IMG/VR virus record: IMGVR_UViG_3300028920_000050
Span: 37,395 to 101,394 of that record
Length of the DNA: 64,000 bases
DNA from: a virus
Direction: 5' to 3' (one strand)
Within the stretch, counting starts at the first letter, position 1. The number at the start of each line of letters is the position of its first letter. Below the pieces are notes generated by a model, which was given only the letters and a program-made list of their open reading frames with translations, searched no databases and was not told where the DNA came from. Below are positions 37,828 to 47,758 of the stretch, piece after piece. The translations under genes and the position numbers were made by a program.

Positions 37828-38654
37828 TACTCAATCCCTAAAGCTTCTTTATCTTCATCTAACTGTTTAAGTGCAGAAAACACATCTGTTGCTACACTAA
37901 GTTCATCTTCCACAAGATAATCAGAGAAGTTATCAAATGCTTCCATTTTCATATTGTCGTGCATAGCTCCATAAACAGTATTCATTCTGCTACCTTGACT
38001 GGAAAAAAGAGATCCAGAATAATCCCCAAAACCAAATACAGCTTTCATTCTTTGTGTAAGAAGGTATTCATTTACTCCAGCTGCATCTCCTGACAATACG
38101 TTAACCCCTTCCTGGTCCTTCATCTCCCCGACTTTTTCTTCTGACTTTTTTGACTGATTGTCACTTATCTTCTTATTGAAAATCTCAAGTGACTCCTGAA
38201 AGTCAAACATAGATACTATCCTTTCCTTAAAACCTACCCCAAGTACACTGGCAATAGTACCTACCATTCTCTGACCTTTTTTTATAAACTCATCAGTGGT
38301 TATACACCCCGCCTTTGCTTTAAAACCCCCACGTGAGTCAAGTGTGTTAGTTAACTCTTTGAGAGTATAGGTTCCCTCCATCTCCCCAGGACCCTTAAGG
38401 CTTACACGTGTTGGTACAATCCCCCAGGTGGTAACTGTTCTCTGCTGTATGTTAGTATTAGATATCTGCTCAGAGTTTTTTACAAATGAATTACTTCCTA
38501 GCATAACGTCAGCCGATTGAAGAGTTAATGTAACATCATTAAAGAAAGAGTCTTTTATTTTCTTTATGTATGTTTCATATAGATCACGTGGACTTCCTCC
38601 ACTACTTCCACGATTGCCTCTTCGTCCTCTATTACGTCCCGGTCTGTAAGCCAT
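37827..38654 (-). CDS. Baseplate hub-associated protein
   Basis: EGTYxLKELTNTLDSRGGF resembles the C-terminus of gpD/gp27-type hubs; position. Confidence 0.5.
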   Translation of the reverse strand: MAYRPGRNRGRRGNRGSSGGSPRDLYETYIKKIKDSFFNDVTLTLQSADVMLGSNSFVKNSEQISNTNIQQRTVTTWGIVPTRVSLKGPGEMEGTYTLKELTNTLDSRGGFKAKAGCITTDEFIKKGQRMVGTIASVLGVGFKERIVSMFDFQESLEIFNKKISDNQSKKSEEKVGEMKDQEGVNVLSGDAAGVNEYLLTQRMKAVFGFGDYSGSLFSSQGSRMNTVYGAMHDNMKMEAFDNFSDYLVEDELSVATDVFSALKQLDEDKEALGIE

Positions 38655-41629
38655 TATTCAGTAGCTTCCTTTTTCTTAATGTACTTTTTATATACTTCTG
38701 TTTTGTTCTCTATATCAGTGAGCTTACTGCTCACATCTGCATGCAAATCCTGGAGGTTACGAACTCTACCTGACTCTGATGAACCATCAACCATAGCTTC
38801 GTAGTCCTTACTTACAACCTCACGTGCCATATCAATACTGTTGGCTATCTCTGTCGCATTGTAGTCTTTCACTGTTCTTGGATCATAGTGTATTATACGT
38901 GCCGCCTTTTTAACCGCCATTTCCTGTATGTTAATAAGAGAGTCCTCCATTTGCTGTAAAAGAGTTTCAAGCTGATCTTCCATAGCACGTATGCCGTCTT
39001 TAAGATACCTCTGCCATGCATCTTCTGCAGCAAGCTTGTCCCTCTCATTACCTTGAAAAGCTTCTAAAATACCGTAACCAGATCCATGCAGAACATTACC
39101 TGCTATAGATCCTTTCTGTACAGCATTTACTATTCCGTCCCACCATCTACCAAGTATTCCACGATCTTCTTCAACCTGTGTCATGTAAGTTTTTATGTCA
39201 ACTATTCTGTTTATTACCTCAAGGTAGTCGGCAGCAAGTACTACTGCCTGTGGATCTACTTCGTGTTTTATAGCTACCTTACCTGTGGCTATCTCTCTCC
39301 ACTTCCCACTCTTTAACTTTATCTTTATATGGCCGTATCCTGCATGTACCAGATTTAAGTTTAATGGGTCCAATATTGACTTCTTTAAAAAATCAAAAGC
39401 ACTTTGATTACCTCTCCATACTACATAAGGAATACGTGGCAGATCCCAAAACTCTTCTATATCATTAAGCTTAGTTACCTCCTTCCTTCCCTCCTCATTC
39501 CAGGTTTTTGATACGTGGTCTGTTATTGTAGCTTTAGCATCAGGATTTCTTTCAACCCATGCATCTCTATCATCAGAGTCTACCGACCACGCATAATAAG
39601 AAGTCACACTGTCACTATCTAATGCTGCTCCATTATTATAGACATAAACATCAGCTACGTTTTTAGGAGGTTCCCAAAAGTCATCTGTCTTTTTATTGCG
39701 TTCTTCAAGATCATAATTATACCTTCTTACTTTACTTTCCTCCTCTTCAACTTTATTTACCCATGAACTCATACGTTCCTTAGCTGCTTTTTCATCTGCT
39801 GAACCTTTTATGTAACGAAGAGATCTTATAGAATAGTAAGCATATATATCACTATTAGGATCTGGAGGTGCCATTTGTAAATTAAACATGGCTATTACTT
39901 CCCCAAGTATTTCAAGGAAGTTTTTATTTATAAAAACTACATCAAGTGACCCCGGCTTAACACGTATATTACTTTCATTAAATAACTGCATATACCTTAA
40001 ATGTGCCTTAGCACTCTTAGTACTGAACTCATTAACATACGTAGTTATATCTTTGTACTCATTACGCTCATCACCTATTCTGTTTTTATTAAGCTCTGCT
40101 TTTGGTGGTACATCATACTTATAAGCTTCAAAGGGTTTGGCTACTTTCCACGACTTTTTGTAAGCCCCAAGCTCTGTAAAGTACTTATACTTACGATAAC
40201 GAGTAACGGCTAGGTTCTTCAATAGATAAAGAGCCTCAACAAATACAATGGTTATCTCAGGTACCCCTCCTTCTGGAAACTTAGGTTCAATGCGATCAAT
40301 AATTCCGGTAAACTTATACGGATTAAAATTAACTCTCTCAGAATGTGGTGTGTTTCTACTCTTTACATTAAACTGGTTATACGAATTGTTACCATAACCA
40401 ATAGTCCATACACAGTTCCTGCGCATCCACTGCACACTAAGATCATAAGCTCTCTTCTTAGGATCTTCTCCTATGGTAAAAGACTGCTCGTAGTGATCAA
40501 AGAAAGAAGGAAAACTCATTGGAGTAGTTGTAGTTATATCATAGTTAGGATGATTAGGATCATCTTTCACCGTTGTACTATCCGCCTGTCTTTTAAGTCC
40601 TTTACTGTACTCTTCGGCCCAAGCTGTCCACCCAGGAATATTTCCATTTACAAACTCATTATAAAAAAGACCTTTCTGCTTCTTGAACGTCTCATGCTTA
40701 AACGGAGTTACAATATAACCAACTCCGCCAAATCTTATCTCTGCAAGAATATACCCCTTCTCTGTTCTGGCTGACATCATTTCATTAGCAGCTTCTTCTG
40801 AGAAACCAGCTCCGCCAGGAGGAGTAAGCTGAACCCATGTTTTGAAATTAGATCCAACATTCTTTTCATTTAATTTTATATAATAATGGTTTGTAGTTTG
40901 CTTAGAATAAGTACCTACAGACTTAAATAACTGCAGTTCTCCTACACCGTCAGGGTTTGTTTCTGCAGCTGTAAGCCCCCACGTCCATGCTTCGTCAAAT
41001 CTATAGTTATCACTAAACTCTGCTACATCCCCCCATGGATAGCCGGTCTGACCTGCCAGCTCACGTACTGTTCCTATGTATTCAAGGTTAGCCCCTGTAT
41101 CAGCAGTACCACTTAATCCCCATATAGAAGGATCACCCTGCTTTGCACCATAGGCCCAATATAAAAGAGCATCTAACTTTTCCTCTTCAGTTAACGGACT
41201 AGGAATAGCACTACCTACAGATACAAGCTTTCCATCAACTGTTATCTTAGACTCTATATCTTCTTTAGGAAAACGTATAGGGCGGTCCTTCCCTTTTCTT
41301 ATAAAAATAAAATTAGGATCTGCAAATGTATATTTTAAAGTATCAAACTTAACAGCACTATCAGTGTGCTGAAGTCTTATAAAATTCTGTTTTATATAAC
41401 TGATCTGAGTATGCCCTTTCATCTTACTTCCTAACTTTGTGCCAGGAACAGGATGGTATGGACTTTGGTGCTCATCTACTACAAGCTCACCAAAAATATC
41501 TACCCAATGTGGAATGAGGTTTATTAAAGGAACAGATGTATGTAAAGCTTGAGCAGTTACCTTACCAGTACTTGCCTTCTTGCTCTTACTCCTTCTGTAA
41601 CTTGTTAACTTCCTGCTAGGTTTACCCAT
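38654..41629 (-). CDS. Large baseplate hub protein (gpD/gp27-like with insertions)
   Basis: 991 aa between LysM and spike; IGY...FTGIIDRIEPKFPEGGVPEITI and NQSAFDFL segments. Confidence 0.65.
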   Translation of the reverse strand: MGKPSRKLTSYRRSKSKKASTGKVTAQALHTSVPLINLIPHWVDIFGELVVDEHQSPYHPVPGTKLGSKMKGHTQISYIKQNFIRLQHTDSAVKFDTLKYTFADPNFIFIRKGKDRPIRFPKEDIESKITVDGKLVSVGSAIPSPLTEEEKLDALLYWAYGAKQGDPSIWGLSGTADTGANLEYIGTVRELAGQTGYPWGDVAEFSDNYRFDEAWTWGLTAAETNPDGVGELQLFKSVGTYSKQTTNHYYIKLNEKNVGSNFKTWVQLTPPGGAGFSEEAANEMMSARTEKGYILAEIRFGGVGYIVTPFKHETFKKQKGLFYNEFVNGNIPGWTAWAEEYSKGLKRQADSTTVKDDPNHPNYDITTTTPMSFPSFFDHYEQSFTIGEDPKKRAYDLSVQWMRRNCVWTIGYGNNSYNQFNVKSRNTPHSERVNFNPYKFTGIIDRIEPKFPEGGVPEITIVFVEALYLLKNLAVTRYRKYKYFTELGAYKKSWKVAKPFEAYKYDVPPKAELNKNRIGDERNEYKDITTYVNEFSTKSAKAHLRYMQLFNESNIRVKPGSLDVVFINKNFLEILGEVIAMFNLQMAPPDPNSDIYAYYSIRSLRYIKGSADEKAAKERMSSWVNKVEEEESKVRRYNYDLEERNKKTDDFWEPPKNVADVYVYNNGAALDSDSVTSYYAWSVDSDDRDAWVERNPDAKATITDHVSKTWNEEGRKEVTKLNDIEEFWDLPRIPYVVWRGNQSAFDFLKKSILDPLNLNLVHAGYGHIKIKLKSGKWREIATGKVAIKHEVDPQAVVLAADYLEVINRIVDIKTYMTQVEEDRGILGRWWDGIVNAVQKGSIAGNVLHGSGYGILEAFQGNERDKLAAEDAWQRYLKDGIRAMEDQLETLLQQMEDSLINIQEMAVKKAARIIHYDPRTVKDYNATEIANSIDMAREVVSKDYEAMVDGSSESGRVRNLQDLHADVSSKLTDIENKTEVYKKYIKKKEATE

Positions 41630-41913
41630 TAAGCACTCTCTTCCATTACCGGAATTTTTATAATATCTCCTTTCTTAAGTTCAGTAGGATCTCTGAACTG
41701 TGGATTTAAGAGCATTATATATTTCCAGTGTTCCGTGCTTCCAAGAAGCGACTTAGCTACTCGGTCTATACGATCACCTTCTTTAAAAATATACTTGTAA
41801 TATTCAATATCCCTGAAAAGAGGAACCATAGCTTGATGTATAGAAATATAATCAACAACAACACCATCGGCTCTTATAAGCTCCATATCTACACAAGCGT
41901 TATATACAGACAC
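41629..41913 (-). CDS. LysM / tail X (gp53-like) baseplate protein
   Basis: YIFKEGDRIDRVAxxxLG...W..I..LNP...P.EL..G.IIKIP. Confidence 0.85.
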   Translation of the reverse strand: MSVYNACVDMELIRADGVVVDYISIHQAMVPLFRDIEYYKYIFKEGDRIDRVAKSLLGSTEHWKYIMLLNPQFRDPTELKKGDIIKIPVMEESA

Positions 41914-41925
41914 AATACTCTCCTT

Positions 41926-42738
41926 CTATTCAAGGTACTTCTTTGAAAAGGCGGCATACTTCTCTCCAGAAGTAAGCTTAGCTACAACATCATCCTCCCA
42001 TGTTACTTTATCTATGGCATACGAACTTGACATGTTATTAAATAAAGTAGGGATAGAACCATCAAAAATATAGCTGTTATAATTACACTCAGCTAATTTA
42101 AAAGACAAGGTTATATCTACTGTTTGTATATTTAAGTATGGATCAAACTGCTTAAGATCAAATCGTATATCATTAAGTACCCATACTAGAGGCACATGAT
42201 TACCCATTATAATCTTAACTAGGGGAGTTAGTAGGTACCTGGATGTCTCCTCGAACTCAGTATTGGGATACTGGAGTGAGTCAAGAAACACCAGACGAGC
42301 ATATAGATCTTTGTATGCCTGAACATTATCACCTGAATTAAAAAATACCTCATTACCTTTATCAAAGGATGGAAAGTCACTATCAGGAGTTAATACTGGA
42401 TGGTACTTAGCATTTACAACAGAAGAAGCATCTGTGTTAAGTACATCCCATGTGTCTCCACGAGTATTCAGTCTCAAAACAAAATCAAGCGTATTAGCGG
42501 CTCCGCCAAGTATCTCGACCGGCGGATTGTACTCACCTGCTGCAGGATTTTCTTTTGAAGAAACTTTCTTACCATACCCTATCTTTTCAGGGTTCCACTG
42601 TGCTGTAATAAATGTACCTGTTCCTTTTATTACCTGATTACTTTTAAGCCTAACCCCGCTGTTAGATACCTTTTCAATATTAAGACGGTTTTCTGCCTTA
42701 ACTCTGTAAAACTCATTTATTGTAGAATAGCCTGCCAT
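41926..42738 (-). CDS. Tail tube initiator / CIS tube-like protein
   Basis: QWNPEKI...LDSLQYP...PLV...G...FD....VDITLSF; follows tape measure. Confidence 0.75.
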   Translation of the reverse strand: MAGYSTINEFYRVKAENRLNIEKVSNSGVRLKSNQVIKGTGTFITAQWNPEKIGYGKKVSSKENPAAGEYNPPVEILGGAANTLDFVLRLNTRGDTWDVLNTDASSVVNAKYHPVLTPDSDFPSFDKGNEVFFNSGDNVQAYKDLYARLVFLDSLQYPNTEFEETSRYLLTPLVKIIMGNHVPLVWVLNDIRFDLKQFDPYLNIQTVDITLSFKLAECNYNSYIFDGSIPTLFNNMSSSYAIDKVTWEDDVVAKLTSGEKYAAFSKKYLE

Positions 42739-42769
42739 ACATACTCCTTAAAAATGTAAGATCTTACAT

Positions 42770-45700
42770 TTACTGGTAGCTATACGTAAAATCTTCATCG
42801 AGAACGTTAGCCAGCTTCTCCTGAAGTGTTCTCAGAAAATCCTCAGGTAAATCGCCTACTACATTACCATTAAAATTAACAGGCATATTTATATGGTAAG
42901 TATTGCCTCCACCTGCTCCACTACTTAATGGAGCAACCTTTGCTGGAGGAACTATTTTTTCATAAGGATGTGTTACATTAACGAGACCCGGACGTACAAC
43001 AATCCCGCCTTCCTGCATGTTGGGTATTCCTATATCTCCGTATGCAGACTGATACTCTTTCTTAGGAGAAAACTTTGTGGCAGCAGCTGACCCTACAGCA
43101 CCCGCGGCGAGTGCTCCCATTATAAGCTTAGGAGTAGCCATCCATGTTGCTCCCCCGGTATAAAATCCTCCTATTACTGTAACTAAAGCAGCTATGCCAA
43201 GACCTATAGCTACTATATACTTCTTGAACTTCTCAACAATGTTATCCCACTTAGAAGCTACATAACTTAACGCTGTAGAAATTATCATGATCTGTATACC
43301 GAACTTAGAAACAAAAGCCCATACCCTACCCAAGGCTCCTGTTGCAGCTCCTATCTTACCTGTCATAGCACCGGCTGTAGCTGCTGTGCCGGCAACTCCA
43401 GCACCTACCTTCACACCTTTAGCTACACCAGATGTAGCTTTTGCCATAGTAGCTGCAGTAGCTGTACCACCTACTCCACCTAATCCAGTGGCAACCGCCC
43501 CTTTACCAAAAGCTCTGACTATCGCATTATGTACAATAAGTGCTCCTGCTTTAAGTGCCTGAAGTATTGAGGTAGCCATTGGAGGAAGCCTCCCCATAAG
43601 AGATGATTTAAACACTCCTGCATAATGCATGATCTTCTTCCATAAACCAGCCCTTACTTGTTCTGTTTGTAATTGCTGTCTGCTTGCAGAAAGTTGAGAT
43701 TTCTGACCAAACAGTATAACCTTCATAACTTTAACAACTCCCCACAAAGGTCTACCGAAGCTTTTAAAGTAACCAAGCAAAATCCATCCCATTCTGCCCA
43801 TAGTCGCCATAAGATTTACGATCATAGCTATAGCAGGTACAGCAGCTAGTATTCCTACAAGCATACCTGTTCCTCTGGCTCCCAAGGCCCCCGCTATATA
43901 TCCGAATACTTTTCCTATACCACGCATGATATCCATGAAACCCTGAAAACCTGGACTGTTAAAAAAATCTTCTACAGTCTTTTGCCATCTCTTAAGGGCT
44001 TCTGCTGAATTATCTATTATCCGATCTGTACCTGTCAAACCCTTGTACACTTCTTTAAACCCTTCAGCAAATGCCTTAAAACCTTTTTTAAGAAAATCTG
44101 TAAAAGCGGACCACGTAATAGTAATCCTCTTAAGAACACCACTAAGTAGTGTACCGAATGATGGGAATATTTTACTAAGAGCAGTAAGGCTTACAAATAA
44201 AACACCAAATGTCCCAACAAACCGGATCATAAGAGGAAGTAGACTTTTTATAGAGTTCTCAAACTTACCTGTTCCAAAAAGAGTAGATACCCATCCAAGT
44301 CCTGTCCTACCCATACCAGCGATCCCGCCTACAATACCTCCCCTGCCTACTAGGGCACCAAGCATGCCTATTCCCTTACCTGCTCCAGTGGCTACACCTA
44401 TTGCCCCAATCCTCCCCATCATACCAGCAAACTTTACCTGAAGCATACTGACCAATGGTCCAATCGCAGCTACTGCCCCACCAAAGGCGGTTACAGCAAG
44501 AGTTGCTGCCACAAAATACTTAACGAGTGGCAACTGTAACATTCTTATTACTACGTTAACACCCTTCGTCATACCTTTATACATAGCCTGTTGAAAAGGT
44601 TGAAAGGTACGGCCAAGTAGTGTCCATGCAGTATCCATAGATCCTTGTAACTGCTTCTTCCACCCGGATACTGTGTTAATCATATCATCACGAAATGATT
44701 CGGCTGCTCCTTTTGACTCATTCTTTAATTCGCTGTACCACTCTCTTACTCTTCCAAGCCCCACCTTAATTACATTCATAAAAGGAGCAAGGTAATACTC
44801 AGATGGAAATATTTCACGTAACTGCTTCTGTATCTCCTTGGCCTGTCCACGTGTAGCAATATTAGCAGCTGTAAGGCCAAGCTTACCGGCAATCGCTCCG
44901 ATCATATCCATAAGCTGTCTGTTCTTTCCTTCTGATGTAAGGAAGGACTGTCCAGTGATCCTCTCGTATGCTTTCTTATTCATGGATAATGCCCGGATCA
45001 TCATATCAATACCGAACCCTGCCATTACAGGGTTCATCGGATTTGTTTGCTTTAAAGCTCCCATTACAGCAAGAGTAGCTTCAAGATCCTGGTTGTACGC
45101 TGAAATGGCACGAGATGCACCTTGGAAAGCAGGACCGAACTCCTGCATAACAAAAGGAGAGATCCTCTGCATAGTAGTTAGAACATCGGCCTGTCTACGT
45201 GAGGACTCGGCGAGTTCCCAACGGGTTTTTCCGTTGACCTCATTAAACATGTTTAAAGTCTGAATTAATAAATTACTTCCCTCTGCAAGACCCATGTTGC
45301 CGGCGAGTGCCGCATCCATCATAGCGGGAGTTGCTGCCAGTGTTTTATTTACATCTCCGAGAGAAGAGGCCAGATAGTATACCGCCTGTGCGGACTCGGC
45401 CATTGAGAAAGGTGTATCTATACCTAATTGAATTATGGTCTGATCGACCATACGTGCCTGGGCAGCTGTTGACCCAAGCACAAAGTTTACTTCTTTAAGT
45501 TTTACCTGATACTGTTCCGCAGCACGTGTTGCCCTGTGGATCATGGCAATAGCGCCTGCTCCAAAGATCCCGCCCCATACGGTAGCTGCTGAGAAAGAAA
45601 CAAAGGTCTGCCACAGTTTATTGGCTGTAACGTTAGCTACACCCATAGCAGTGCTTGCTCCGGTAGCTGCTTTTGCCATTCCGACAAAACGCTGACCTAT

Positions 45701-45994
45701 AGTTCGGATAACAGCCCCTGCCCTTGTCTGTGATATAAATCTTTTATAAACGAGTGTGAGGCCACCAATAGCTGTAGCACCTATGGCTACATTTTTAGCT
45801 ATGGCTTTAAAATGATTAGTTTGTGCTTTTGAGGAGTCCTTTAACCTGCGTTCTACATGTTTCGTAGTATCATCAGTAGCTTTCTGCCACTTTCCGAGAG
45901 AACCAGTCATGTGATTGACAGTTCTCTCGAAACTTTTATCCTCAGCAGAGAACTCTGTATGTACTCGATGCTTTTCGTAGCTAGTGTCTGCCAA
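42770..45994 (-). CDS. Tail tape measure protein
   Basis: 1074 aa A/G-rich helical protein, TP901-type core (TPFSMAESAQA...), TM segments. Confidence 0.92.
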   Translation of the reverse strand: MADTSYEKHRVHTEFSAEDKSFERTVNHMTGSLGKWQKATDDTTKHVERRLKDSSKAQTNHFKAIAKNVAIGATAIGGLTLVYKRFISQTRAGAVIRTIGQRFVGMAKAATGASTAMGVANVTANKLWQTFVSFSAATVWGGIFGAGAIAMIHRATRAAEQYQVKLKEVNFVLGSTAAQARMVDQTIIQLGIDTPFSMAESAQAVYYLASSLGDVNKTLAATPAMMDAALAGNMGLAEGSNLLIQTLNMFNEVNGKTRWELAESSRRQADVLTTMQRISPFVMQEFGPAFQGASRAISAYNQDLEATLAVMGALKQTNPMNPVMAGFGIDMMIRALSMNKKAYERITGQSFLTSEGKNRQLMDMIGAIAGKLGLTAANIATRGQAKEIQKQLREIFPSEYYLAPFMNVIKVGLGRVREWYSELKNESKGAAESFRDDMINTVSGWKKQLQGSMDTAWTLLGRTFQPFQQAMYKGMTKGVNVVIRMLQLPLVKYFVAATLAVTAFGGAVAAIGPLVSMLQVKFAGMMGRIGAIGVATGAGKGIGMLGALVGRGGIVGGIAGMGRTGLGWVSTLFGTGKFENSIKSLLPLMIRFVGTFGVLFVSLTALSKIFPSFGTLLSGVLKRITITWSAFTDFLKKGFKAFAEGFKEVYKGLTGTDRIIDNSAEALKRWQKTVEDFFNSPGFQGFMDIMRGIGKVFGYIAGALGARGTGMLVGILAAVPAIAMIVNLMATMGRMGWILLGYFKSFGRPLWGVVKVMKVILFGQKSQLSASRQQLQTEQVRAGLWKKIMHYAGVFKSSLMGRLPPMATSILQALKAGALIVHNAIVRAFGKGAVATGLGGVGGTATAATMAKATSGVAKGVKVGAGVAGTAATAGAMTGKIGAATGALGRVWAFVSKFGIQIMIISTALSYVASKWDNIVEKFKKYIVAIGLGIAALVTVIGGFYTGGATWMATPKLIMGALAAGAVGSAAATKFSPKKEYQSAYGDIGIPNMQEGGIVVRPGLVNVTHPYEKIVPPAKVAPLSSGAGGGNTYHINMPVNFNGNVVGDLPEDFLRTLQEKLANVLDEDFTYSYQ

Positions 45995-46003
45995 GGTTAT
46001 CTC

Positions 46004-46255
46004 CTAAAACACTTTTGACTTTGGATTAAAACGTCTATTCCGTGGTGGAGACTTCGGCTCTTTACTGGCCTTCTCCACCTCTTCACGTTCTGCATCCAAC
46101 TGTTTATTAAGAGATGTTACCCTTCTGTTCCTCTCTTTAATTGTCCAACTATCAACATCTAGGGCACTAGTTTTATAATGATACATCAAGAAGTGATAAT
46201 GACTATCCCTGATCTCATTATACTCCTTTAAGTACGATGTATCATTTATTAAAAA
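46004..46255 (-). CDS. Tail assembly chaperone frameshift extension (GT-like)
   Basis: Frame is open from the U9 run at 46251-46259 through the annotated 61 aa ORF, -1 relative to 46249..47001. Confidence 0.7.
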   Translation of the reverse strand, partial: FLINDTSYLKEYNEIRDSHYHFLMYHYKTSALDVDSWTIKERNRRVTSLNKQLDAEREEVEKASKEPKSPPRNRRFNPKSKVF

Positions 46256-47001
46256 AAAAGTGCTATCGGGACCTCTCGTTCCTCAGCATGACCACAGTTA
46301 TCACATGTATCCGTTACACGTAACTGCGGACCTACTCCTTCAGACAGCTTATTGATTTCTTCAATAAGCCGTGTAACAGTAGCAGACTTTACGTTGTCAA
46401 AGAATTGCAAGGGATTTACCCTTGTTAGACTGTCCTTCTTGTTAGACTTTACTCCGAGTAAACAGTGCTTGATCATGGCCATTTTTATAGCAACAGGATC
46501 TTGGTTATTCAATGCATCAAAGAAAGAGACCTGACAATCACCATTTGGCATTGTGATACGAGCAAACTTAAACTCTGCATCCTCCTGCTTATATGGTGAC
46601 AGCAACTCTACATCCCTCTCTGGCTCCTCACAGTCATTAACCGGCATGCTCATAAGATTTACCGTCTTATTACTTTTGTGCTGACATGTAGGGCACTCGT
46701 GTATATACTTGAAAGTTTCGTCATCGAGTAACCTGAGATGAAGCATTATGAGATTTCTATCACATACCTTGAGCTTCCCTGCCTGCTGCCTCCGCATTTC
46801 ACTGTACGGACCGAACTTTAAAGTTATGGCAGTGATCAGTTCAGTAACACCCCTCGCAGGGTTATTAAGGTATTCCTTCTTAACAACCCTGCGTTCATGC
46901 TTACCAGTATACTCATCAATTTTTATTTCCTTAATAGTCTCATCCACTGAGGACTTCCATCCAACCAGCAGATCAAACTCGGAAACCGCTTTTACTTCCA
47001 T
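46249..47001 (-). CDS. Tail assembly chaperone (T4 gp26-like, two CxxC)
   Basis: DRNLIMLHLR, CPTC, CDNC; ends LFF on a slippery run; lies between tube and tape measure. Confidence 0.8.
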   Translation of the reverse strand: MEVKAVSEFDLLVGWKSSVDETIKEIKIDEYTGKHERRVVKKEYLNNPARGVTELITAITLKFGPYSEMRRQQAGKLKVCDRNLIMLHLRLLDDETFKYIHECPTCQHKSNKTVNLMSMPVNDCEEPERDVELLSPYKQEDAEFKFARITMPNGDCQVSFFDALNNQDPVAIKMAMIKHCLLGVKSNKKDSLTRVNPLQFFDNVKSATVTRLIEEINKLSEGVGPQLRVTDTCDNCGHAEEREVPIALFF

Positions 47002-47079
47002 TGTATCTCCTTTTTATTCTATATTAAATAAACCATTAAGTAGTACGTTGTTATACTATAAATAATATTATACTGATGT

Positions 47080-47745
47080 TTAAACACCAGTGGGTGTGAA
47101 CGTAGATATGAGATTTGCTCCTACCTGTGACTTCCAGTTCTTTTCCATAAGCACGTCATCTACAACGCAGCCTTCATGCTCAAGGGTAATGGTAGCCAGG
47201 GAAATCCCATCAGACTCACGATCAAGCTCTCCCATATCATACTCAGAGGGCCAGCTGTTAACGACCTTCCATGCTCTTTCAATGTCACCTTCGATAAACT
47301 TGGCGCCTGATGAATCTGAGGACGTTTCATCATAGTAATATGACAACTGGTATATGTTCATCTGTAAAACCTTAAAGCTAGGTACACCTGCACCTAGTCT
47401 GAGGTTAAACACCCGCTTACACCATTCCCATACACCGTCCTCCGCGAACACGGCCCTTGTAAAAACAATAGGCTCATATTCAGGACGGGTAGGAATGACA
47501 CGTGGGGTCATACCACCACCATCATAGTACTTAAACGTACCGGTTTTCCATTTGAGGCCCGATATCTTAGTCACACCCATAAAAGGCACCTCTGTAGTAC
47601 CTGCCTGTAATGTGACCAGGAAACGGAAGGGACGTAGGGGATCTTTTGCTGCGGAGCCGTCTAAGTAAAACTCAACATCATTCGTTCCGAGCTTGGAGTC
47701 CTTAAACAGCGTATAGTTTACTTCATAGGGATTGTCTGTTGACAT
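47080..47745 (-). CDS. Tail tube protein (T4 gp19-like)
   Basis: DPLRPFRFLV, ISGL, YxDGG, WPSEY..GELD, TLEHEG. Confidence 0.92.
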   Translation of the reverse strand: MSTDNPYEVNYTLFKDSKLGTNDVEFYLDGSAAKDPLRPFRFLVTLQAGTTEVPFMGVTKISGLKWKTGTFKYYDGGGMTPRVIPTRPEYEPIVFTRAVFAEDGVWEWCKRVFNLRLGAGVPSFKVLQMNIYQLSYYYDETSSDSSGAKFIEGDIERAWKVVNSWPSEYDMGELDRESDGISLATITLEHEGCVVDDVLMEKNWKSQVGANLISTFTPTGV

Positions 47746-47758
47746 AGTGTTGCCCTCC

